DNA of 64,000 nt, taken from the NCBI GenBank assembly GCA_030390025.1, contig CM059432.1, positions 60,948,001 to 61,012,000 of the forward strand. Reading direction: 5' to 3'. Positions 27,648 through 39,800 of the stretch are shown here, one piece after another. The notes under the pieces were generated by a model. It worked only from the letters and a program-made list of their open reading frames with translations, was not told the origin of the DNA and made no database searches. Both the position numbers and the translations under genes were made by a program. The stretch's first letter is position 1; every line of letters begins with the position of its first letter. This stretch comes from Squalus acanthias (taxonomy: Eukaryota).

Positions 27648-27933
27648 TCACAAGGGTAGTCACTTGGGTGTTTTGATCTAATACAAAGTGAAGTTTTTCA
27701 TCGTTATTTCAATTGTAATAAAGAAATGCGATGGCAAAGTTTCAAAGAGTTGGCCTATGTGTGCTCAGAAATGGAAGTTGCACAGTGAGGGGTCAGGGCA
27801 CCTTTCATCTGTAATGATGGTGGTGAGAGTGATAGGAACCCACAGTTTATTGTACAGATGTTGTATGGTATGTTAAGAAGGTTGGCCAGACGCTCATTTC
27901 CATGTGCCAGCCACATGTGTTTGCTGCGTAAAC

Positions 27934-29168
27934 TTACGCAAATCTGGCATGGATTAGTGCATCCCTTGCCTCACGGCCAGCAATGTGCTCACGTGCTGGT
28001 GGAACTGGCACATCCACCTCCGCTAGGTCTTCCTCATCTGCCGCCTCCTCCTCTGGGGAGGAGGAGGAGGAGAAGGCTGTGCGCTGAGCCACTTGTTCCT
28101 CAGGCAGCAGTAAGCCACGCTGCTGTGTGATGTTGTGCAGGGCACAGCAGACCACAATGATTCTGGAGACCCTGGTTGGTGTGTACTTTCGGGCACCACC
28201 AGATCTGTCGAGGCATCTGAATCGCATTTTGAGCAAGCCGATGGTTTGCTCTATGATGCTTCTGGTGGAAATTTAGCTCAAATTGTAGCGCTCCTAAGCT
28301 TTGTTGGATGGCCTCCTCATCGGTGTCATAGCCATGACTTCAGGGGATAGCCCTTGTCTTCAAGTAGCCATCCGGAAAGTTGGGTTGGTGGATTGAAGAG
28401 CTGAGGCACAGTAGAATGCCGCAGGATGAAAGAGTCATGGCAACTGCCAGGGAACTTTGTGCAAAAATGCATAATGTTCTTCCTGAGGTTACACACCAGC
28501 TGGACGTTAAGGGAGTGGAAGCCCTTGCGGTTGACAAATACAGCTGGGTTGTGATGGGGTGCCCTAATGGCCACATGTGTGCAGTCTATGATGCCCTGCA
28601 CCCTTGGGAAGCCTGCCATATTTGCAAAGCCAACCGCACGCACGGTTACACTTGCTTCATCCGTGGAGAAGTGGATGTAATTGTGCGACTTTGCAAAGAG
28701 GGCATCGGTAACCTGCATGAAGCAAGTGTGTGCGGCCGACTGGGAGATGCTGCTGATGTCTGCTGCTGATCTCCGGAAGGACCCTGAAGCAAAGAAGTTG
28801 AGGGCGGTGGTGACTTTGACAGCCACTGGTAAGGAGTGTCCACCTGCTCCTCTGAGCTCCAGGTGTTGGTGCAGCGTTGTGCAGATGTCAGTAGCTACCT
28901 CTCGCGGAAGTCTCAGCCTCCACTGGCACTGCTGCTCAGTCATGTTGAGGAAGCTGATCCTCTGCCTGTAAACCCTGTGTTGGGGGTATCTCCTGCGGCG
29001 AGGTGCAGCCCTGCGCTGACGCCCTCTGCCCTGTGCAGCATCAGGTGGCTGAGGAGAAGGTTGGTGCTCCTGTTGTTGCTGCTGCTGTTGTGCCTGGTTC
29101 CGCTGCAGCCGTGGCTGCTCCTCCTCCGATTCTGAGGACCAGGGTGAGAGGGTATAAATGGTACCCAT
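27934..29168 (-). pseudogene. Harbinger DDE transposase (HARBI1-like), with a frameshift near 28328 and two premature stops
   Basis: [57 protein letters not shown] and CCALHN motifs. Confidence 0.93.
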
Positions 29169-30719
29169 TCGCTGGAATATATCTCAGTTGAGGAACAGAT
29201 GTTATAAGCGCTCAGTCAATGTGGGGAGAGGGTTTTCCAAGGAGGTCACAGTACATATAGATCTCAGCTTAAACACTTACAAGCTCAATAGACCAGCAAA
29301 ATGTGTTCCAAAATCTCAAAACACAAAGTTCTGGCATCTGAAAGTGAGCCATGTTACAGGTCTGCTTTTATGCTGCAGGAGCAGCTGTCAAGTATTCAGC
29401 GAGTTGCTGAACCCGGCACAATCAGCTGCCGTGTTTGTCGCACGACATGCAACAGGCTGAAAATGTAGTAAAATGGGAACAGCCTCTTAAAATCGGATTA
29501 TCTAGGCAGTTAACAAGCTGTTAACAAGCTGTTAACTGCCTTAAGCGGCTTTCCCGCCGTTTGGTGTCGGGTCTGATCGGGCCTCGCAGACCCGACACTT
29601 TGTAAAGTTGTGTGGAGGCGGGATGGCAGGCGGGTTCGCAACCCGCCGTCAGTCATTTTGATTTTAACTCTTGACCCGCCTCCAAACCCGCCCTCTGAGC
29701 GCTGGCAAAATCGCTGCCCTAAGGTTCGCGATTGACTGCAGTGCCAAAACTGTTTTTTTAAATTTTAATCCCCCTTTCCCCCACCTGAGGCCTGTAACAA
29801 TGCTGGACACACAGACTTCCCTTGCACCCAGTGCTGCTAGGGCTTAAATGATGGGAAATACGCTGTTACGTGTTACCTTCATTTGGATGGTGTCATAATA
29901 CACCTGCCCATATCTTGGTAGGTGCATTATGCACCCGACCCCACTTCTGGCAGAATTTTTAATGTGCATGAAAGAGGGAAGGAAATCAGCAAAACTAAAT
30001 TTCACCCCCACCCATCCAGATAATGTCTTTTTTTCCACCCTCAGACATTGGAATTTTGGGACCCTTATGTCATATATTCGTATGCATCAGTGCAATTTGC
30101 ATAATATTAAAAACAATCTGTTCAAGATTCGAAAATTGATGTACCATAACTGGAAATAAACACATACAAAGAAATCATTTTGGGATGTAGAACTAATATC
30201 AGAAGAATCTAGTTTTTCTCATGTAAACAGCAACAGTATTGGTGCCATCCACAACAGCATCCCAGAAATAATTTTTTTTTACATTCAGAACAAACTTGGA
30301 TGCACAAAAAATGAACTATCATGTGGATATGCTGTTGAACTGGTTCATGTTCCTGGATGTTACTGTTTACAAGCTCTTATGGGCTAATTATTTTTAATAT
30401 TACAGTATTCAAATGATTATTTCTGAAGAACATTTAATTTATCAAAAATATTTTTGTCTCTCAGGTGTCTTAATAGAGCTTTTGAATTGTTATTCCAGTC
30501 ATTTGGATAATACTGTGGTACAATTCCCTAAGAACCAATCATATTACTATCTACTTTTTTGGTCTCTACATGATAATGATATGGTCATGAAAAAAATTAT
30601 TTCATTTTTAGCAATTCAGTTACTAAACTGTTCAGGAAAATAAAATTTGAATATATTGTAAGCCGAATGAGATAGTGTAATTATAAGATGTCATGGAAGA
30701 TGATGAATCACAATTTGTC

Positions 30720-31400
30720 ATATAAGCACTTGTGGGGTAGAATTTTCATATTCACACTCAGTGGTCCAAAGTTTGACCCCCTGCTTCAACATCCCAAAGG
30801 TGTTCTCCATGTTTACTTCTGTGGGTGCATAAGCCTCATTATAATGTTGTTCTGCAAAACTGGAAGATGTCCACAGTGGTGTCATTATCCACGGGAAAGA
30901 CAGGTAGCCAAGGTCCTTTGGCAGCCAGCCCTTGAATACTTGCCCTTCTTCAAACAGTGCTGGAATGGTAGATTGATTAACAATAAAGGTAATGTGCAAA
31001 CTGCCAGCCGACATGACATTCACCTGCATTATTTTATATTAGTGATCACACACAAGCTACATGTTTATGGTGTATCACACCTTTCTATTCATGTATGGGC
31101 ACTCCTCTCTGTGAGAACATGAAGGCCCATATAGGTTCCATTTATTACTTCCTGAACCCTGGACAACCCTACAAGTCTGTAAAAGCCAAAGGGCACAGGC
31201 TTGCTGTACCCTGGCATCCATAGAGAATTCTATATATTGGTCTGTCCTGACAAACAATGGATCAGTTACCTGCTGGATGTACTGATGAGCAGCAGACTGG
31301 CCTCCTGAAAACCTTCAAAGGCAGCACTAGATAGGAGTTGCGCTCAAAGGGAGCTTGGATTAGAGCTCCGTAATTCTTCATCCTGCCTTTACTTTGAGCA
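30720..31400 (-). pseudogene. Old Harbinger transposase remnant
   Basis: GWLPKDLGY...WIMTP...YNEA...ENTFGMLKQ and QSAAHQYIQQVTDPLF motifs. Confidence 0.75.
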
Positions 31401-31796
31401 TGCCTCCCTGCTGCAAGAACGGGATTGGTTTCATCCTATAGTTCCTAAACTATTAGAATGGGTTGATCATGTTAATGAAGGGGATAAGAAGAGTTTTGTC
31501 CTGGCCATTCCAACTGTATGCGTGCCACTAATTTAGGTCCATTCCCAGAGTGATGACACAAAGATAGAGCAATTGATGTGTCCTGTGGTGGGCACTGAGA
31601 CAGATAGGAGAACACTAGAGGGCCTGAGCATGTGGAAAATGGCCTTGAGGTTGTGGCACATGAATGCACTCCCAGGCTGGAAAAGTGGGGAGCTAACCAT
31701 ATCTTCATAAATTTGCTTAGGTATTTACTGTGATCTTCTTAACCACCTGCTTTTTCAAATTAATTTTCCTTTTACCTTATTTATTCTTCCTCTTTT

Positions 31797-31952
31797 TCTT
31801 AGGCAGTCCCTTGGAACCGAGGATGTCTTGCTTCCACACTAAAAATGAGTTCTCAGGTGACTGATGAGTCCAATGCGAGACCTACAGTCTCTGTCACAGG
31901 TGGGGCAGACAGTGGTTGAAGGGGTGGGCGGGTGGGTGGGGTGCTTGGGTTG
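31797..31952 (-). mobile_element. Short RTE 3' end copy
   Basis: Reverse complement matches 26385-26540 and 43792-43943. Confidence 0.85.
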
Positions 31953-33818
31953 ACGTCAACCTCATTTATTGCTATTGTGTTGTCTATCTGTTACCTAATT
32001 TCCACCACACCTATCCAATTCAAACCTTTTAAGCCTATCATTGGTCAATTAGCATCATATTTTTCTTGTTTCTTTCATTTTGTATACTTTTGAGTCTGCG
32101 ACAGTGCTGTATAACTAAGTTATGGATACAGAGCACTGCAGTGTTGTCCTTTGATTCATATGGATGGCAGTGAAAAATGTTGCATCCTCTAATTAGTGGA
32201 TAAAATGTATCAATGTGAGGTCAGTGAGCCCTTTATTCTTGTGGACTCTTCTCCCAGTCATTCGTATGATTTCCTTTAACATTTACAATGTTGCAGGGCC
32301 TTACTTTTTTTTTTACCAAATATGACTTCAAATGAGCTCTGCAAAATCCAGAGAATCCAAGCAGGACACTTAATCCACAAAAATAAAAACTGGTAGCAAG
32401 TAACCAAGCTTATGATAACATTGAAGAAAAGCAGTTGTTACCAACAATTTCAGATGAATAACTCCTGTAGTGATACCGTTCTATGATGTCATACTTATTC
32501 ACAAGGCATGTTAGTTAGATATTAAATGAAAGAAGTTGAAAATTAGGTTTTCCAAAAATGCCACCATCTATTATAATAAATCAAAGGAACTCATAACGTA
32601 CTCACAGGACAATAAAACAAGAGTTTTTCACCAGCTGATAAAGTTAGTGAGGTTGAGACGTTTTTTTGAATTCTTACCTCCTTAATTTTTTCCCCTTTCA
32701 CTCCCAAACCAACTACGGCATACAGACTCAACTGAAATTTAAAAGTATCTTTCTAAAGTGGAATAGCAGCCTTTTCTGCTTTGCTTTTCAGAATAAATTA
32801 ATTCTGTGCTGAAACTTTTTTAAAAACACAACTTTTATTTTTTTTTGAAGAAAGCAGGAACCTGGTAAAGAGAAAATTCTCCTGGATCGACCGATCTGAA
32901 TTGCACCAATAAAATGGATCCCATTTCTTTAACCATATAGTTGTTTAAGTAATATAATTTGATTTCCATAATTTTTAAGAACATAGTGGAAAGGAAAGCT
33001 CTGTGAACTAATCATTCTGACTTGTATGACAAAAGTTACGCTGAAAATTATAATATATACAGAGTGACATGATATTTAACATATAGAAAATGAGATTGCT
33101 CACCTTGGTAAAAATATTCAAAGAAATTCTTTCAACTTTTTTTGTGAAAAGTGGAATTAAAGCACTTTTGACCAGTTCAAATCCTTAATTCCTGATACCA
33201 ATATCAATTCAGTTATGGACACTGAAACTGCCATAAAGTACATTACCCAGTTGATATCATACATCCACAGGAACTCCTGTGAGATGCTAACATACGTCAT
33301 GCCTTAGGACTAGTTGGGCCGAATGGCCTGTTTCTGTGCTGTATATTCTATGCAAGTATCTCCCAAACTCCATCAGGGACTTTTGTTTGTACTTCTGCTA
33401 AATTATGTATAAGCAACTAGTTATCTGCAGTGTATTAATCAGAATGAGGAAAAAGAATAATTGCATATATTAGAAATAACTCAGTGTTCAGCATGTCAAA
33501 GAATAGATTTGGAGAAAAGTTTGTAGACAGGTACAGTACATAAGACACAGAATATTGTTTATCATATTTTATGCGGCACTTCAATCATCAACCTTTGAAA
33601 CTACAATCATTCACATAAAATATTCTCCTAGACACCAGTGACGCAAAGTAAACATGGTTTAGATGAAAGGGAAAGGTCTTTGAACTGATGTTACCAAAAA
33701 TAACATTAAAAAAAATCATCAGAATGGTGGGGGGTGGGGAAAAAAATCTTGTGATGAGTTTATGCATGGGAACTGGATGCAGACTGGGAATGGGTTGTAT
33801 TTGGACAGTCCAACTCAC

Positions 33819-34010
33819 CGTCTCAAAACCATTCTTTTTCATCCGCCTGCAGGACTTGAGGTAAGTACGTATGCGCTTCCGGGCACGCTCCTGATATTCA
33901 GGGAATTGCCGGCTGCATGACTCAATTATTGCCTGGATCTTTTCTTTGGGCTGCTTAGAAATGGGGACCATTCGGTCCAAGTTTTCATCTACAAACAGCC
34001 TCACAAACAT
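33819..34010 (-). CDS. NOL4: NOL4 internal coding exon (192 bp, phase 0-0)
   Basis: CAG|ATG acceptor and ACG|GTGAGT donor. Encodes [64 protein letters not shown], the highly conserved NOL4/NOL4L block, and joins in frame to the neighbouring exons. Confidence 0.95.
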
Positions 34011-35929
34011 CTGTTGGCAAGAGGAAGACAGAGGAAAAGAAGGCATTGGACGGCTGCTCTGTTTTGAATTCCTTTACTGCCTCGTTGAGTGGACACCATA
34101 GGATAAATTCAGTGACCCTGCACTTCCAACGGGCAGGCCCACTTGATGGGAGAGTGTGCTACAATACTATAACACTGATTTTCCAATTCATGTTTCTGTC
34201 TTGCGAGGTTTCTCGTTGGGGTGCAGGTTCAGTGAATAAATGTTTATATCTGAAACCTTTCCAAGCAAAATCATTTTAATATATATAAAATTTAAAAAGC
34301 AGCAAATACATGCCAGTTAACTGAATGCAACAGATTATTTTTGAGCAAACCATTGTTCTGTGTGCTATAAAATAAGTATCAGACTATCCAACACCACTAT
34401 GAAGTCTGATCTTGACAAATATGTGACGCCACATCTTTAAAAAGTGTTTGACGTTGTCATTAATGGCTCCTTTCATTCACTGAGCATGTTGCTGGCATAA
34501 TGCATTATAGGAATATATTCCCCCACATGACCCACTATGAGGTGTTCGGGGACTTTCCTGTAAAAATTCTATAATATGAAAAAGAACAGTTTCATTTCAT
34601 TTGCAACTAACAATGAAAAGATATATCTTATAAATGTGTCTCTTACACAGCATGCAAAGTTTCTAGATTATACTTTTTGTTCTCTGAGGAAGATGTTAAA
34701 ACCTTATTATCAAAGACATTACTATTTGCTGCCACATTTTTAATAATAAATTTTAAGCAACTAAAATGTGTTTTACAATCTTAACTTTCACCAGTTAGAA
34801 ACCATTAATCAAAATCTCAAACAAATTTTTAATTTAATCAATATAGACAACAATTAAAAGGAAAGCAAATACCTGTCAATATACATGACACTGGGAACAA
34901 AGCTGGTTTGTTCCTTACATAAAATGTATTGTGCTTTAAAACCAAAATAAATGTAACTGTAGATCTTTTTTATCCTCATATGTTTTCCAAATGTCAGCTA
35001 CAACGTTTGTAATGGATTGTTTTAAGGATTTGTAACAATTCTCAAAGTAGGCAATGGGATCTAGATACTTTAGAATGTCTATGTGATGCTATTGGCATTA
35101 GAGACTATTTGAAAATATATCAGAATTACTTCAAGATTTTGCAGCAAAAAGTCTGCATTTTCCAGACTGACATTCTCACAGCATCCTCACATTGCTGCTC
35201 CAAATGGGATCTGAAGATTTTCATCTTTAAATTTTAAGGTCAAAGGTAAGAATAATTATTAACCAAACATCTTAGGACATTAACTCTAATTGTGATAAGA
35301 TTAAATTATCTTAATTGTAATAAAGCAGTAAGTAATATTTATTGCATCAAACTTGTCCTTGCACCAAATACAAAGGATGAAAACTGATTTTAGTAACTTC
35401 AACCATCTGTTGCAGAAGACACATTGGTAAGAAAAAGTATTTGTACAATATTAGCAAGATAAGTTTTTAGTGTAATACATCAGCTGAGGAAGAAATCAGC
35501 AAGTTGCCATTACTGCAGTCTCTGTTTATACCACATTAAAGTTTTTATTTTAGGGAGAAAAATGTCAGATACAAAACAAAAATCACAAAGTGTGAGGAAA
35601 CATTTAAGAAAAGCAGAGACAATGAAAAATTTTATATGTGCCTTTGAAAAATGATCAAATTCAACAGGTAGCCGGGTGACTTGATAGTTCTGATAGAAAA
35701 GTCTTGGATTCTCATTTACAGGGCATAAAGTCAAATGTCCAGTCTCAACTAACACTCATGCCCTTTTCATACTTAACATAGTGATGAATGTGAGCCACAT
35801 TGAAATAGGCTATCAACAGGAAATTGAATGTGTCAGCTTCCTCTGAAACACAGAGTATCACTCAAACCCTGCTGACATGCAATGGTACGCTAACGTTGCA
35901 AGAGTAGGAGCTTCAGTACACATGGCCAT

Positions 35930-36555
35930 CAACAACAACTTGCATTTATATAGCGCCTTTAAAGTAGTAAAACGTCCCAAGGCGCTTCACAGAAGTGTTA
36001 TCAAACAAAATTTGACACCGAGCCACATAAGGAGATATTAAGACAGCTGAGGTAGGCTTTAAGGAGCGTCTTAAATAAGAGAGAGGTGGAGAGTTTTCGG
36101 AGGGAACTCCAGAGCTTAGGGCCTTGACAGCTGCAACACGGCCACCAATGGTAATGCGATCAAAATCAGGATGCACAAGAGGCCAGAATTGGAGGAGCGC
36201 AGGGATCTCGGAGGATTGTAGGGCTAGAGGGGGTTACGGAGATGGGGAGGGGAGAGGCCATGGAGGGATTTGAAAACAAGGATGAGAATTTTAAAATTGA
36301 GGTGTTGCAAGACCAGGAGCCAATGTAGGTCAGTGAGCACAAGAGTGATGGGTGAACGGGACTCGGTGTGAGATAGGATAGAGGCAGGAGAGTTTTGGAT
36401 GAGCTCAAGTTTATGGAGGGTGGAAGATGGAAGGCCAGCCAGGAGAGCATTGGAAAAGTCAAGTCTAGAGGTAACAAAGGCATGGATGAGGGTTTCAGCA
36501 GCAGATGAGCTGAGGCAGGGGCATAAGTTGGGCAATGTTATGGAGGTGGAATGTA
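35930..36555 (-). mobile_element. L2 LINE 3' fragment
   Basis: AETLIHAFVTSRLDFSNALLAGLP...LHWL motifs plus the L2 tail. Confidence 0.9.
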
Positions 36556-36877
36556 GGCTCATAAGTTAGCTGCGTGTTTTCTACCAAACCAATGGCCTAA
36601 ATTTTAATAGTTTGGCGGATTGGCAGTGAGGGAGCTCGGAAGCGGTCGGGAAACCCGGATAACGAATTTAATGGCAGGGCCTGATTTGCATTGGTAACCT
36701 CTTCAGAGGCTGGCTGGCTGAGGGTGGGTAGGCCTGCGGTACTAGGCTGCAGAGAGGAGGGAGGGATTATGTGGGGGCAGGGGGGTGGTCAGAATGGGCC
36801 GGAAAAGCACGGGTAGGGCCAGAGGAGCGGGGAGGGAGGGTTTGGGACCAATCAGAGGGCTGGAGGAACGGGGAGGG

Positions 36878-39800
36878 TGTAAGAAATCGTGGATTCGAAT
36901 AAATAATAGTTTGTTACAGGCTCCTTAGCTCAGCAGTTTGCCGAAGTTGATGACACAAAAGGATTCCAGTCATGTCAGAAAAAAGAGGTGTACGCAGAGC
37001 TGAATTACGAGGTCAGAACACAAAAATAGGTCTTCGAGTGGACATAGCTAGCCCTGATAAGGGATGCAGCAAGGAGCCGTAGCATAAACAAGCTGTCTAC
37101 GAGAGGGCAACAAGACCTTTAGAACAGAGATAGGGAAATAACTGACCTCAGCAAGATGGGAGGGGAGGCTGTCAGAGGTACCTTGTCCCTTGTAATTGGA
37201 CAATGGGATGGGTAAAAATGATTGACACCAGGTATCCACCAAACCATCGAAATAAGGTGTAAAAATGGGTGACCGAGAGAGGAAAACAGGCAGTTAGGGG
37301 TGAAGGCTACTCCGAGGTGGATGCATGCTGGCTACGTCCTAACACCTTGGTCAAGTTTAGCCTCTGGGGTGGATCGCTGCTGGCCAACGGCCTAACACCT
37401 CCAACAGCTCGAGGGACGACCCAATGGAAGTGACTGCTGCCGCAGGCTGCAGGGATCCACCCAATCCAAGACCACCTGTTCTGCCTCATTCTCCGTCTGT
37501 CTGGTCGTTCCATTCCACTCCAGGGCCGTAGATCACCCTCATCTGTCATGGGTTGTATGTCTACTGTATCTATTTCAATCGCATGTATTATCTGATTACA
37601 CTTAAACTGTAGCTCTTTAATAAAATGCCTTCCAACTCCTAAGACCCTTTGGGTAATCTGTGTGTGACCTGTGATCCTAAATCTTACAGTGGTGTCAGAA
37701 GTGGGATCACAGTGTTGGGAGTTGTAAGGTTCCGGTTCGAGGACCGGAGAGACTTGGTCGACCGCGCATGATCGTCGCTTAAGACTGGGTAGGGAATTCC
37801 CTGAAAGAGGGGAGAGAGAGTGAGTTAAAGGTTAAACCAGAAATACAATGGGGTTGGCATATCACCGGGAAAAGTTGATAGATAGCCTGAAGGAGGTGAA
37901 GCATAAAGAGTAGGAGAGAGAATGGGAGATAGAGAAGGAAAAAAATCTAAACTGCATGATAACCCATCTGAAAACTCAGCAAAGGAAGGAAAAAAACAAG
38001 GAATTAGGGAATAAGTTGCTGAGACAATTTAAAAGAAGGAAAAAAAAGAAACTTAAAGTTTTACCAACAATGAAGCTAGGTTCTGTGCCGAGAAAAATAA
38101 AACACAAGATTGCTAAGTGAAAGCAACGTTAAGGAATGCTGGAATTTCAGTTTGTGTGAAAGTCTGTCTGATTATGAATGTTTAAGAAGTTACAGTATTC
38201 CTTTTGTCTGAAAGTCTGTCTTTAAAAGAAAGTGTCTGTTATGTTTGTTTTAGCTCCACCCACATCTCTGTGCATAGAGCTAAAAACCCTTTAACCCTTC
38301 GTAATCTTGTCTTGGATGTTGGAAGTTTTATGTTCATTTCAATTTAAGATTGTGCACCTAGAAGTGGGAGAAACTTTGTGATTTGCATTTTAAGTTAAAG
38401 ACACTGCTTGTACAGCAAACTGTAGAGGCAGTTTGTTTTACAAAAGATAAGCTTCAGCCTTGAAGTTACGGTTGCCATGGTTTCTGATCGTGTCTGGTAG
38501 AAAATTAATCTGGGCTTTTGAAAGTACTTTGTTTTTATTGGATTACAAAAAAAATTGCTATTGTTTTTTATAGTTTAAATTTAAAATGTGTGATTTTATT
38601 TTAAATGAATTCAAACGTTTACAAAGCACTGTCTTCTTAATTTGGTTGCTGCAAGTCCGAGACGCCCACTCTCTAAGTTTTTGACAAGTAAGAAGTAATC
38701 AGTAATTATAAATTGGGCTGAAAGGAAAAAATAAATTTGTCTATGTTGAAATAAAGAAAGGAGAAAAGGAAAGATTCTGTCTCTTTTCTACTTTCAGTGT
38801 AGTGTCCCTTAAAAAAACTTGTATGAATGTTTTGAAGCTACAAGCTGAGGGAAGCTCCTCCCTCTTTTTCCTTTTGTGTAAAAAGTTCATGGTTTGTTTA
38901 AATGTAAAAAACTAATTGTTCTCCAGTTATATTCAATGTTTTTACACTCATTTGGAAAGGCTTCTGAAAAAAGGACAATAAGAAATATGACGTAATTTAC
39001 TGTTTTCTGCAAGCATGTGCCATTTTGTTGTTTTATCTGTTCTGTATCGTGTTTAGTTAAAAAATATTGGTCTGAATTAAATTGTAATTATTAAAGTTAA
39101 CCAACCTATTAAATTGTGAAAACCCAACTGTCTTTTTCGATCGGGAAAGTTTTTTAAATTTACGTGAAGTGACGCAATTGCGTACGTGTGACAATATTTG
39201 CTCCGCCTTCTTATAAACTTGCAAATGAGTTAACCCTTTCTGCTGGCAGCTGTTTTTTTTTAATTGGTTCACCAAACAACTTTGATCTATGCTTTCTATC
39301 TTTAATATTGTATTGGACAGTAAAGTTCCCCCAGGACTCATGAATGAGATGAATAATAATTAATGGGATGCCCCACTTAAAATGTAAGATTGAAACAGGA
39401 AAATTACACTACCAAATGAGAATTTTCCTAACTTTCTAGTGAAAGTCAGGAAAGTGCAGTTACGAATAGTAAATTGATAGCTCTCTCTTGGAGACATTTG
39501 TGTCCCTGCCTATAATGAACATTTTAAGAAAACTGAATTTGATAGTCTGACCACTACCCGAGACATCAGAACCATACGGTGGAAGATGAGCAAAGATCTC
39601 CAGACAATCTTTTGATAAGATCACCTGAAAGCCCGAGAATGGCTTGTATTGGATGGCACATGTAGCATGATATTGAGATACCAGTATGAGTGTGCAAATG
39701 TGATTTGTTACGTATGAAGCAATTACCATCTGGAAATGCGTGGTGAATTTGCACTGAAGAACGGGTCTCAGACATGCTCAGTTACTTGACAACAGCAGGA

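Larger units (their letters stand above)
24852..29719. mobile_element. Near-complete PIF/Harbinger DNA transposon with two convergent, now disrupted genes
   Basis: Imperfect TIRs GGGCCGTGATTTTACCA / TGGCAAAATCGCTGCCC. Carries a Myb/SANT-like gene on + and a DDE transposase on -. Confidence 0.9.

Noticed and set aside
27934..29168. Host HARBI1 or NAIF1 gene
   Set aside because: Frameshift and stops, flanking TIRs and a linked Myb gene identify a transposon copy.
33588..34046. Full 152-aa ORF as a protein (likewise 62445-62768)
   Set aside because: Only the splice-site-bounded parts match NOL4. The rest is intronic read-through.
37848..38120. gag gene (MGLAYHREK...)
   Set aside because: The position after the PBS and the Met-Gly start are suggestive, but it stops after 21 codons and shows no capsid or zinc-knuckle motif.
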